Positions 26,094 to 37,739 of a stretch of 59,989 bases of DNA are shown one piece after another; the first letter of the stretch is position 1; each line of letters opens with the position of its first letter. The translations under genes were made by a program, and so were the position numbers. Origin of the DNA: Chiloscyllium plagiosum (taxonomy: Eukaryota); NCBI RefSeq assembly GCF_004010195.1, contig NC_057725.1:32868786-32928774 (forward strand). Reading direction: 5' to 3'. Under the pieces are notes generated by a model that did not search any database, had not been told where the DNA came from, and saw only the letters and a program-made list of their open reading frames with translations.

Positions 26094-26974
26094 GATCAAT
26101 TAATAGTGATCAAGGCTTACAAATTTTGCTGAGGAACAGTTCAACAATGATCTCACTGACTTGTGGAAAAGTCTTGAAGTGCTGATTGATCAACATTTTC
26201 ACTGACTGCTCCAGGGTTACCTCATGCCAAATGTATTAAGAATTGATACATTCCATGACTTAGACAAATAATTAAACAGAATAGCCACCCCATGTGCTAT
26301 AAACAACAATTTAACACATTCTCTCACTTTTTATAAAGGAAAAATGGCACAAATTCCACAGAAATCAACTTTTTTTCAGTGAATTTCCTGTGCTGTTACT
26401 TATCTTTCCCCTTTTGTAATGCTCTGGATGTTGCAGAAGCAAAACTGTCAGCTGTCAGCCTTATTATTCCTCCAAAGGAATTCAGCATATGATGCCAAAT
26501 CTAGAATGCATACAGTCAGAATAATGTATGCAGTTTTGGGATCCATGATATAGAAAGGGAACAGCCAAATATTAATTCATTAATTTGCTTCCTATTTGCA
26601 TAATCTCAACTACAAAGACTTGGACAATGATGCCTGTTTTCATTGGATTTTAGGTTTTGAAATGATGATTTGGTAAACATTTTCAAGTTAGAAACACAGT
26701 GTATGTCGAAAGATTTTCTACTGAATCAATGAGAATGCAGCAACACAAAATACATTTAAGTGATTTTGGATGGCGATAAGGATTTTTTTTTGAAGTACAA
26801 ATCTTAGAAATATATAGTGGTTGAGGCAGAGAACATTTCAGCATTCAAAACGTTAGATAGATGGTTGAGGGATAAAGGAATCTGGAAACAAAGCAAGTGC
26901 ATGGGATTAGGACAATGCTTGAATAGAAGATAAACTTGAACATGCACTGATTAAATGGCCTGCTCATGAACAAA

Positions 26975-27680
26975 GAGATCTTGGAGTGCAGGTTGAAAGT
27001 AGAGTTGCAGGTAGATAGGATTGTGAAGAAGGCATTTGGTATGCTTTCCTTTATTGGTCAGAGCACTGAGTACAGGAGTTGGGAGGCCATGTTGCGGCTG
27101 TACAGGACATTGGTTAGGCCACTGTTGGAATATTGCATGCAATTCTGATCTCCTTCCTATTGGAAGGATGTTGTGAAACTTGAAAGGGTTCGGAAAAGAT
27201 TTACAAAGATGTTGCCAGGGTTGGAGGATTTGAGCTATAGGGAGAGCCTGAATAGGCTGAGGCTGTTTTCCCTGGACCATCGGGACAGAGGGGGTGTGCT
27301 TATAGTGGTTTATAAAATCATGAGGGGCATGGATAGGATAAATAGACAGGTGTTTTCCCTGGGGTGGGGCAGTCTAAAACTGGAAGGCATATGTTTAGCA
27401 TGAGAGGAGTAAGGTATAAAAGGGACTTAATGGGCAACTTCTTCATGCAGAGGGTGGTGTGTGTATGGAATGAGCTTCCAGAGGAAGTGGTGGAGGCTGG
27501 TACAATTACAGCATTTAAGAGTCATCTGGGTGGATACATGAATAGGGAGTGTTTAGAGGGATATGAGCCAAGTGCTGGCAAATGGGACTAGATTACGTTA
27601 GGGTATCTGGTCAGTATGGACAAGTTGGACCAAAGGGTCTGTTTCTGTGCTGTCTATCTCACTGACTCTATGACTCTATG
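26975..27680 (+). mobile_element. CR1 3' fragment
   Basis: RTLVRPLLEYC; tail GACTCTATGACTCTATG. Confidence 0.9.
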
Positions 27681-27866
27681 TGCACGTTAGGTGAACTGGC
27701 CATGCAAAATTGCCCATGGTGTCAGGGATATGTAGTTTAGGTGGATTAGTCAGGGGGAAATGCAGGGTTGCAGGGATAAGGGATGTGTCTGAATGGGATA
27801 CTCTTTGGAGGGTTGGTGTGGACTTGATAGGCTGAATGGCTTGCTTCCACACTGTAGAGATTCTAA
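27680..27866 (+). mobile_element. 3' half of an older SINE of the same type
   Basis: GGCCATGC-AAATTGCCC...GCTTCCACACTGTA tail. Confidence 0.6.
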
Positions 27867-28630
27867 CCTAAACTGGCAGATTAGGTTAAGGGAAATGCAA
27901 GAGAGATGTGGTGACAAGCATTTAAGAGAATATTACAAATACAGAGGATAGTTACATTTGAAAAGAAGGACAAATTTCAAGGTAAGATCAACATTCTATG
28001 GTTAACTAGAAAAATTATGTCAAACTTTATGAAAAAGCATATAATTGTGCAAAGTTGATTTGCAAGTCAGAAGCATGGATGGAACATTATAAAAGGTAAA
28101 GAATGACAAAAATGTTAATAAGGAAGGAGAAAGTAGAGTCTGAGAGAAAGTTAGGTTAAACATTAAAATAGCACAGAAAATTTGAATATGAGAAAAAGTG
28201 AGCAAAAATAAAAATAGATATTTCTATAGACATTTTCAAAAGAATAAAGTTAATAAAGTGTACATTGGTTCCAGAAAAAGTGAATCTGGTGTGTTAATAA
28301 TGGATAATAAAAGAGCAAAATGTCCAGATTACAGAGGAGGAAGTGCTGGATGTCTTGAAATTGGCAAAGATGGATAAATCCCCAGGACCTGATCAGGTGT
28401 AACCGAGAACTCTGTGGGAAGCTAGAGAAGTGATTGCTGGGCCTCTTGCTGAGATATTTGTATCATCCATCGTCACAGGTGAGGTGCCGGAAGACTGGAG
28501 GTTGGCAAACGTGGTGCCACTGTTTAAGAAGGGTGGTAAGGACAAGCCAGGGAACTATAGACCACTGAGCCTGACCTCGGTGGTGGGCAAGTTGTTGGAG
28601 GGAATCCTGAGGGGCAGGATGTACACATAT

Positions 28631-28760
28631 TCCTGATGAAGGGCTTTTGCCCGAAACGTCGATTTTACTGCTCCTCGGATGCTGCCTGAACTGCTGTGCT
28701 TTTCCAGCACCACTCTAATTTAGACTCTGGTTTCCAGCATCTGCAGTCATTGTTTTTACC
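28631..28760 (+). mobile_element. Short Penelope-derived insert (family A variant) inside CR1
   Basis: Interrupts CR1 ORF2; homologous to 1866-1992. Confidence 0.8.
28633..28660 (+). ncRNA. Minimal hammerhead ribozyme core (canonical CUGAUGA)
   Basis: CUGAUGA-A-GGGC(UUUU)GCCC-GAAAC-GUC. Confidence 0.75.
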
Positions 28761-30567
28761 TATGTATTTGGAAAGGCAAGGACTGATAGTCAACATGGCT
28801 TTGTGCATGGGAAATCATGTCTCACAAATTTGATTGAGTTTTTTGAGGAAGTAACAAAGAGAATGTGATCTATATCGACTTCAGTAAGGCATTCGACAAG
28901 GTTCCCCATGGGAGAACGATTAGCAAGGTTAGATCTCTTGGAATACAGGAAGAACTAGCCATTTGGATATAGAACTGGCTCGAAGCTAGAAGACAGAAGG
29001 TGGTGGTGGAGGGTTGTTTTTCAGACTGGAGGCCTGTGACCAGTGGAGTGCTACAAGGATTGGTGCCGGGTCCTCTATCTTTTGTCATTTACATAAATGA
29101 TTTGGATGCGAGCATAAGAGGTACAGTTAGTAAGTTTGCAGATGACACCAAAATTGGAGGTGTAGTGGACAGCGAAGAGGGTTACCTCAGATTACAACAG
29201 GATCTTGACCAGATGGACCAAAGGGCTGAGAAGTGGCAGATGGCGTTTAATTCAGATAAATGTGAGGTATTGCATTTTGGGAACGCAAATCTTAGCAGGA
29301 CTTATGCACTTAATGGTGAGGCCCTGGGGAGTGTTGCTGAACAAAGAGACCTTGGAGTGCAGGTTCATAGCTCCTTGAAATTGGAGTCGCAGGTAGATAG
29401 GATAGTGAAGAAGGCGTTTGGTATGCTTTCCTTTATTGGTCAGAGTATTGAATACAGGAGCTGGGAGGTCATGTTGCAGCTGTACAGGACATTGGTTAGG
29501 CCACTGTTGGAATATTGAGTGCAAGTCTGGTCTCCTTCCTATTGGAAAGATGTTGTGAAACTTGAAAGGGTTCAGAAAAGATTTACAAGGATGTTGCCAG
29601 GGTTGGAGGATTTGAGCTATAGGGAGAGGCTGAACAGGCTGGGGCTGTTTTCCTTGAAGCGTTGGAGACTGAGGGGTCACCTTATAGATGTTTACAAAAC
29701 TATAAGGGGCATGGATAGAGTAAATAGGCAAAGTCTTTTCCCTGGGGTCAGGGAGTCCAGAACTAGAGGGCATAGGAGATTGGGTTGTGATATCTGGTCG
29801 GCATGGATGGGTTGGACTGAAGGGTTTGTTTCCATGCTGTACATCTCTATGACTCTAGATGACAGATGAACTGAACAGGCATTTTGCAATTGGTCTTCAC
29901 TGTACAGCATACAATTAATATCCTGGAAATTGCTGTAAATCTGGAAATGGAAGTCAGTAAGGCAGTCAAGAAAATTATAGTTGCCAGTGAATTGGTACTA
30001 AGCAAACTTTTGGAACTGAGACTGACATGTCCCTGGGTCCTTGGTAGGTCAAACCTTGGTCTTAAAAGAGATGGCTAGTAATATAGTGGATATGTGGTTT
30101 TAACATTCCAAGACTTCCTAGATTAAGGAAAAATTCTATTAGATTGGAAATGTAAATGCAACTCCTTTATTCAAAAAAAGAGTAAGACAGAAAATAAGAA
30201 ACACCAATGCAATTAGTCTGACGTGTCATGGGAAAGATAACAGAAGCTTTTACTAAAGTGACAGCAGGACTCTTTAGGAAAGTTCACGTTAATCAGACAG
30301 GATTAACAAGATTTCGTGAAAGAGAATTCAGGTTTAACGTATTTATTGGGCTTGTTTAAAGACGACTTACTGCAGACAAAAGGGAACCTCGATGTACTGA
30401 AATTAGATTTCAAGAAAGCAGCAATCAAGTCAGCCAGTTATTGAATGGTGAAGTATTGTAGTCTCAAAGGGTTGCTCCTGACCGGTTATGTCCGTACAAC
30501 GTTAAAAATCACACAACACCAGGTCATAGTCCAACAGGTTTATCTGGAACCTGCTGTTATAATCTAC

Positions 30568-30840
30568 ATTACTTACAGTGTGAAAACAGGCCCTTCGGCC
30601 CAACAAGTCCACACCGACCCGCCGAAGTGTACCCACCCCCCAGACCCATTCCCCTACATATACCACTGCATACTACAGGCAACTTAGCATGGCCAATTCA
30701 CCTAACCTGCACATCTTTGGACTATGAGACGAAACCGGAGCACCCAGAGGAAACCCACGCAGACACGGGGAGAATGTGCAAACTCCACACAGTCAGTCGA
30801 TTGGGGGCGGGAATTGAACCACTGTGCCACCGTGCCGCCC
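30568..30840 (-). mobile_element. tRNA-derived SINE (same family, internal deletion)
   Basis: Homologous to 13121-13456. Confidence 0.85.
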
Positions 30841-31543
30841 ACAAATGTTCAATGCAGAAAATAATATAAATTATTTAACCTCGTTTCAACAAACAAAAAC
30901 TGTGTTCACACTGTTGCATTTATGACTTCAGTTTATAAAGTGGGATGTTAGGACAAATCACTTCAGTAATATTATTTGAATGAAAACAAGTTCTGAAGAG
31001 TTTATACCAAAGTGGAAACATTAACTCGGGTTCTCTGCCCACAGATGCTGGGGAGTTTCAGCAGTGCGCTCTATGTTTATTTCAATAATATTTACTGGAT
31101 GGACACAGTCAAAACAAGGTGACCACACACAAAGCTGAAACTTCCGGGTGGAAGGAGAAATGCCGTCATCTCAATTATATTTTCCCAAGAGGTCACATAT
31201 CTCTGAAAACTTGATGTTTACCAACAGTTCCGAGTTACTGATTTTATTACTTCCCTCATTACACAGTCACGTATTTATTCTGACCGCGAAAGGTCAATTG
31301 AGAATCAAACTGTACGATCCTGTCACATTTGACATTCAAATAAAAATCACGACAAGCTTCCTGAAAAACGTTGTAAAACATCGTTATTAAAAGCTAAATC
31401 CACGCAGTATAGCAAAAACCGTAGAACCCTCCCCGCTCTTGGCCTGAAGCAGAATTAAAGTTCGGACTTAGTCCTAACAGACTTATTTGTTTAGAGTTTC
31501 CGATGCCTACGATCAAGAGACACCAAAACTCGTATACTCTTAC

Positions 31544-31595
31544 CTACTAATGAAGTGAAAAATATGATGACAACACAGAAAAGTAAGATTTCCAT
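31544..31595 (-). CDS. B7-H6/NCR3LG1-like gene, exon 1 (signal peptide MEILLFCVVIIFFTSLV-G)
   Basis: ATG at 31595-31593, 17 hydrophobic codons plus 1 nt, then donor G|GTAAGAG. Phase 1 joins in frame to the V exon (G|GA = Gly). Confidence 0.85.
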
Positions 31596-31667
31596 CCTTT
31601 TAAACAAATACAAACATTTTCATCCAGAGAAAAGATTCTTCAGGTTTCCAAACCAGATATTATTTTT

Positions 31668-31678
31668 ACTTTCGCTTC
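31668..31678 (-). promoter_or_regulatory. IRF-E/ISRE-like motif GAAGCGAAAGT about 75 bp upstream of the ATG
   Basis: Close to the GAAANNGAAAST consensus. The paralog reads GAAACAAAAGT at about 50616-50626. Confidence 0.4.
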
Positions 31679-31794
31679 ATCGAACACGCCCAGCTTTATG
31701 GAATCAAATGACAACTTTACTGCAATTCGGGATATTCGCCGCACAGTGACACGGATTTTATTCGAAATATAAAACAATATTTTTGTTTACACCC

Positions 31795-31804
31795 AAGCGA
31801 AGTG
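31795..31804 (+). promoter_or_regulatory. Second IRF-E-like motif AAGCGAAAGT
   Basis: Same 10-mer as at 31668-31677 in the opposite orientation; absent from the paralogous promoter. Confidence 0.35.
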
Positions 31805-32594
31805 ATTATTTAGGATTTTACACAAGATTGTTTTTTTTGTGCATGGACATGCAAACGAATTCTTGAACCCATTCGATGAGCAGCTGGCGGGAAAACAAGA
31901 TTTTAAAAATCGATTTGTGAAATTCAGCCTCAAAGGAACGACAGCGGCACCTTGCTTGATACACTCTCGCTCAATGGGTCATGTATTTGAACATTCATAC
32001 AGGTTCCACAGACATTGCATGGAGCGCTTTGCAAAGTATCCAACGCCGCTCAGAAACTACAGTTCTAATGAAGAAAACTATGATTCCAATTTAAATCCAT
32101 GTGTTATTGCACCTCTATGTACAGGCATTTAGCTATTTCTCGTGCACACCTCTATCCTTCCATCACTTCTCAGCTGATTGTGACGAGTGTACGAACAGTA
32201 GTTTGGCGCACCGACCTTTACACCGCTGAGGCCAAACGCCAGCTCGCTGATACCTCCTCCTACTGCCCCCTTGACCATGACCCCACCACCAAACCATCAT
32301 CTCCCAGACCGTCCATAACCTCATCACCTCGGGGGATCTCCCATCCACTGCCTCCAACCTCATAGTCCCACAACCCCGCACCTCCCGCTTCTACCTCCTG
32401 CCCAAAATCCACAAACCTGACTGCCCCGGCCGACCCATTGTCTCCGCCTGCTCCTGCCCCACCGAACTCATCTCCGCATACCTTGACACCGTCCTGTCCC
32501 CCTTAGTCCAAGAACTCCCCACCTACGTTCGGGACACCACCCATGCCATCCACCTGCTCCATGATTTTCGCTTCCCCGGACCCCAACGCCTTAT

Positions 32595-33328
32595 NNNNNN
32601 NNNNNNNNNNNNNNNNNNNNNNNNNNNNNNNNNNNNNNNNNNNNNNNNNNNNNNNNNNNNNNNNNNNNNNNNNNNNNNNNNNNNNNNNNNNNNNNNNNNN
32701 NNNNNNNNNNNNNNNNNNNNNNNNNNNNNNNNNNNNNNNNNNNNNNNNNNNNNNNNNNNNNNNNNNNNNNNNNNNNNNNNNNNNNNNNNNNNNNNNNNNN
32801 NNNNNNNNNNNNNNNNNNNNNNNNNNNNNNNNNNNNNNNNNNNNNNNNNNNNNNNNNNNNNNNNNNNNNNNNNNNNNNNNNNNNNNNNNNNNNNNNNNNN
32901 NNNNNNNNNNNNNNNNNNNNNNNNNNNNNNNNNNNNNNNNNNNNNNNNNNNNNNNNNNNNNNNNNNNNNNNNNNNNNNNNNNNNNNNNNNNNNNNNNNNN
33001 NNNNNNNNNNNNNNNNNNNNNNNNNNNNNNNNNNNNNNNNNNNNNNNNNNNNNNNNNNNNNNNNNNNNNNNNNNNNNNNNNNNNNNNNNNNNNNNNNNNN
33101 NNNNNNNNNNNNNNNNNNNNNNNNNNNNNNNNNNNNNNNNNNNNNNNNNNNNNNNNNNNNNNNNNNNNNNNNNNNNNNNNNNNNNNNNNNNNNNNNNNNN
33201 NNNNNNNNNNNNNNNNNNNNNNNNNNNNNNNNNNNNNNNNNNNNNNNNNNNNNNNNNNNNNNNNNNNNNNNNNNNNNNNNNNNNNNNNNNNNNNNNNNNN
33301 NNNNNNNNNNNNNNNNNNNNNNNNNNNN
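32595..33328. other. Assembly gap (N run)
   Basis: Ns. Confidence 1.
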
Positions 33329-33802
33329 GGAAATGTGTTGCTGGAAAAGCGCAGCAGGTCAGGCAGCATCCAGGGAACAGGAGAATCGACGTTTTGGGCA
33401 TAAGCCCTTCTTCAGGAATGAGGAAGGTTTGTCCAGCAGGCTAAGATAAAAGGTAGGGAGGAGGGACTTGGGGGAGGGGCGTTGGAAATGTGATAGGTGG
33501 AAAGAGGTCAAGGTGAGGGTGATAGGTGAGACTGGGGTGGGGGCGGAGAGGTCGGGAAGAAGATTGCAGGTTAGGAAGGCGGTGCTGAATTTGATGGATT
33601 TGACTGAGACAGGCTGGGGGGAGGGGAAATGAGGAAACTGGTGAAATCTGAGTTCATCCCTTGTGGTTGGAGGGTTCCCACCCCAGTCTGACCTATCACC
33701 CTCACCTTGACCTCTTTCCACCTATCACATTTCCAACGCCCCTCCCCCAAGTCCCTCCTCCCTATCTTTTATCTTAGCCTGCTGGACAAACTTTCCTCAT
33801 TC

Positions 33803-33830
33803 CTGAAGATGGGCTTATGCCTGAAACGTC
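33803..33830 (+). ncRNA. Hammerhead core in a Penelope pseudo-LTR
   Basis: CUGAAGA-U-GGGC(UUAU)GCCU-GAAAC-GUC; an inverted mutated partner lies at about 33388-33415. Confidence 0.6.
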
Positions 33831-33997
33831 GATTCTCCTGTTCCCTGGATGCTGCCTGACCTGCTGCGCTTTTCCAGCAACACATTTTCAGCTCTGATCT
33901 ACAGCATCTGCAGACCTCACTTTTTCCTCCTGTGCGAACAGTAAACCTATCAGAGACTCAGACGCTGTGAAATCATGGTAGGAATCAGTGTGGTCAG

Positions 33998-34649
33998 TGT
34001 TGTGGAGAAAATATAGAAAATCACCTGGAGACAAAGAGAGTTCTTCAAGAAGTAGGTCTTTTATTTGCAAACAAAAAACCGTGACACCGAGAAAGCAGAT
34101 TCTCGAATGCCCACGTACCTCAGGGTCCTTGGATTTTTTAAAATCATGTTTCTGTTAGCTTATCAGCATGTCCAACTATATATTAATCAAAGTACCTCAC
34201 TCTAGCTACACAATAAACCAGTGATGTTAGTTCCCATTATCTCTATAGTTATACATTCTACTTAATGTTATTCTAGATATTTATTGCTAACTCTGCTACA
34301 GTGATCTTACATTCCAGACTAACCTTTCATGATAGATATTTAGCTATTCCAATCTATTATAATAGTCTCCTGTCTCAAGCTGACTCTACTAACTATTAAT
34401 TAGATATTTTAATGTCATGTCCCAAATATTTTGGTCCCAATCCTGTCATAATAACACTTCAGAGAAACTTGCTTTATTACTTGTTTTATCTCATCTCGCC
34501 ATAGTAACCTTTCAGCCTTAACCTTACTCTGCTAATTGGTGTAAGAGCATTCCACTATTCTTATTCCATCCTGCCTTCCACAGACCACAGATTGCCAGTG
34601 GTCTTCATGCTTTAACCCTTCCCATGCTTTCATGTTCTTTATTTTCCAT
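33998..34649 (-). mobile_element. Solo LTR, about 650 bp
   Basis: TG...CA-type ends with short inverted termini (TGGAGAAAATA / TATTTTCCA) and a 5-bp TSD GTCAG (33993-33997, 34650-34654). The paralog has an empty site at about 51190. AATAAA is on the minus strand. Confidence 0.8.
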
Positions 34650-35805
34650 GTCAGTTCCAATGGAACCTTAACTGAAGTGCCCTGCTCCATTTGAGTTGCC
34701 AGAGTAACACTTCAATTTGGGGGTTTTCATAAGGAAAGACTACATATTATTAGACGTTTTTAATGGTCTGGTGTTCAGAGCAAAACTTGATCTCTTATAC
34801 ATTGTTGCTCATTAAGATACTCGAAAGTTAATGAAACGTGGTGGCCAGTGCAGAGAGGGAATAAAACAATAAAAGTAGGGTCATGAGTATTAGAGAAAAC
34901 AAAACCAAATCATAAATGGGAATGTATCAAGAAATCATACATCACACAAGGTGCCCCATATTACCTTGATCAGCATTGTTAGTTTGGATTTTATTTTTTT
35001 TTCAATAAGGAAGACAAATAGCAATGGAATGAAGGTGAGCATCATTCATAGATCTGTACAACACAGCAAGGCACCTCCCGGCTGCGAAAACACAGATAGT
35101 TTGCTAACTTGGCCAAACAGCAAGGGATGCTGGGTACATTGGCCAAGAGGAAATCTCTGAAATCACAAAGCTCACACATCAGACAGTACAAACATCACAG
35201 CCAGGTGCTAATGACATGAGTGTAATGTAAAAGGAAAGTTATCCTAGACTGACATATTCCCAACTTATCCACCAATCAAAGGAGGGCCCAGACAGAAAGG
35301 TAGTGGGTCTTGCTACACAAAGAAACTAACAGTAGCATACCATCCAAATGACTGACATAGTTTCAAACTATTGAGTCTTCCTGATTGTCACAAAGTATAG
35401 AAACTTCCAGGAAATCATCTAATAAGTTACAAAATTAGGGTTCACCCACACATCACATTCTTCAACCTTCTGGAGTCCCTCTGAGGCAAGAAGCAGAGAC
35501 CAGTTGTCCATCCAGAGAGAGAGAGGGAGACAGGGGAAGAAAGAAAGCAGCTTCGCAGACCCAGATACAAACCCAGAGTGGGAGCAACTGTGTAAATCTA
35601 CAAGAGACTTGGGAAGTATTATAAGCTGAAGGCAGTGAATAGGAACAGAGAGAGGATATTAGAACGTTTCCTTATAAAGTTGAGACTGTTTTGCATTGGT
35701 ACCAACTTGTGTTTGTCATGATTTAACTGCTTTGCTATTGTGGGATGCTTAGGCAAATACCTTCATAACATTTTTATCAGTCATCTAATTTGTTTAAGGA
35801 GGAAC

Positions 35806-36323
35806 TTGTATATACTCATTTGTAGGTTAAATTTTGAAGACTTTTTAAAATCTGAAATTAGGAAGGTCAACTTATACACGAGGTATTGTTTTTGAGAGGG
35901 TGAATATTTATCTACAAAACAGATAAAATGGGAAATTTACCTTCCCAGCACATCCCTAGTCCCTGGTTCTGGAACGTTCCCTGTAATATGTTCGGGCCAC
36001 GGTAAACCGCAGGTAACAGAAACCAACTCCACGGATACGGCAGTTGCCTTGTTCTGTTGTACCATGACAGTAAATCTGAAAACCTGGGGCAGAGCCTGAT
36101 GGCTGGTGGACTGGAAGACCCAGAATGGAGTGATACAGCCAGTAGACTGAAAAGTCGAAGTAGAGTGCAATGGACTTGCTCACTGACTCATAAATGTTGA
36201 TCTCTAACTGTGAAGAGCTAGGGTCGAATTATACTTGAGATATATGAAAATACAAGGTTTTCTGGCCAAAAATAAGGGGTCTACTTATACATGAGATTGA
36301 CCCATGCATGAGTTTATATGGTA
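35806..36323. mobile_element. pogo/Tc2-type MITE-like element just after the proviral 5' LTR
   Basis: Degenerate inverted termini GTATATACTCAT... / ...ATGAGTTTATATGGTA and repeated CTTATAC-GAG submotifs. Confidence 0.45.
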
Positions 36324-37739
36324 GATGACAATTGGCATTCCTGAGTGCTCTTTGATAAGAAGTGACTGTCAGGTCCTCCAAACTCACCTTTGATGTTGAA
36401 ACTGCTTGGTATCCTCAGAATTCAGTCTAAACTGTATTAAGAGGGTAAATAACCCACATGAAAACCAGGATTCAAATGAATAACTGAGGATACAGGCAGC
36501 CGACCAGAAATTGGCCCATCAGCCAGGAGTTCTACAGCGATACTGAGTAAAGCAGGAGTTGGAAATGGGTATGGAGGGACTCTAAGGAAGTCAGCATGGA
36601 ATAGGATAGGTGTTTATCTCTTGTGTGGAAACATGAGAGAGATTTTGAAAGAACCATGGGTGCTTTTATTCTAAACCCCTCTTGTCCCTGTTCCAGAAGT
36701 GTTTACTGGGGTTGGTGGGAAGGGAGCTTTATTTTATTTGTTTTCAGTTCCAATGAGTAGAAGAAATTTTCCTCTGAATTTTAAACCTTTGTTGTCCCCA
36801 TCCCTGCGGTGTTTGATGGGGATGGAGCTGGGGTGTTTGATTTTTAGTTTACTTTGGGTTCGAATGAGTAGAAGAAAGTCTGTATTTTGATTCCCTGTTG
36901 TCCCTACCCATAGAATGGTTGGTGGGATAGAGTCGAGGGAAAGTCATTCTTTACTTTCACAATTGAATGAATTTTATTTTGAGTTCAAGAGATTTGAGGC
37001 AACTTTTAGTTCCAAAGAGTCAAGGAAACTTTACTTCTCTGTTTAAGTGGAATAAAAACATTGGCAGCTGTTGACACCCCAACTTACCCTACTACCCCCA
37101 CTTACCCTATGACTGCTAAGTGTTTTAAAGAGTACCTGGAACAAGGAACCTGAGACTGGATCAGGGACCCAGAGTAAAAGAAGTTGGGTATAGAGTCAGG
37201 GACCTGTAGTTTGGCAAGAAGCCAGAGATTGAGTTAGGAATCCAGGGATAGAGGTAATACACTGGTGTAGGAAACTCTACATTCAAGTCATGAGAAGTGG
37301 TTAAAGACCTACCTTTGGGTAGTGTTAGAAGGGGTCACCATGCTTTAGTTTTGCACACCTCAGACTTCAAGAGGCTGCAATAAAAATTTAGCTGAAGCCT
37401 TACCCCAAGTACAGCCACCTCCCATAACCTAATATCATAAAAGAGAAACCCAGTAAAGGATCCAGCAATAATATGCTTGCTAGCAAAATGGGCCAAGTAT
37501 CCCCTCATCAGACTCTCCCAGACAATTTTTTTATGAAGTGTTTCAAATGGACAGAATTCTGTAGCGGCCCAGACTGGCCCTGAACAATGCGTTCCATGGC
37601 CTCAATCATATGGCAAGAAACATGTAACGGATTAGAAACGAAGGCCACTAACCTAACCACCACAATAGCACGTAGCCGAGAAAATAACTCACAGCTGACC
37701 AGCTGAGATTAGATCACTATGGGAGCATTTAGAAATTAC

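Larger units (their letters stand above)
28318..29858 (+). mobile_element. CR1 LINE ORF2 fragment and 3' end
   Basis: RT motifs YINDLD, KFADDTKIGG and FNSDKC. Confidence 0.93.
32201..33930 (+). mobile_element. Penelope-like element (RT fragment plus inverted pseudo-LTRs), spans a gap
   Basis: VWRTDLY...FYLLPKIHKPDCPGRPIVSACSCPTE...LPTYVRDT is a PLE RT motif. 13-bp TSD TGTRCGAACAGTA at 32188-32200 and 33931-33943; empty site in the paralog at about 51126-51138. Confidence 0.88.

Noticed and set aside
32503-33403. ORFs of about 290 aa (similar ones at 54113-54837 and 55982-56265)
   Set aside because: Artefacts of translating through N gaps.
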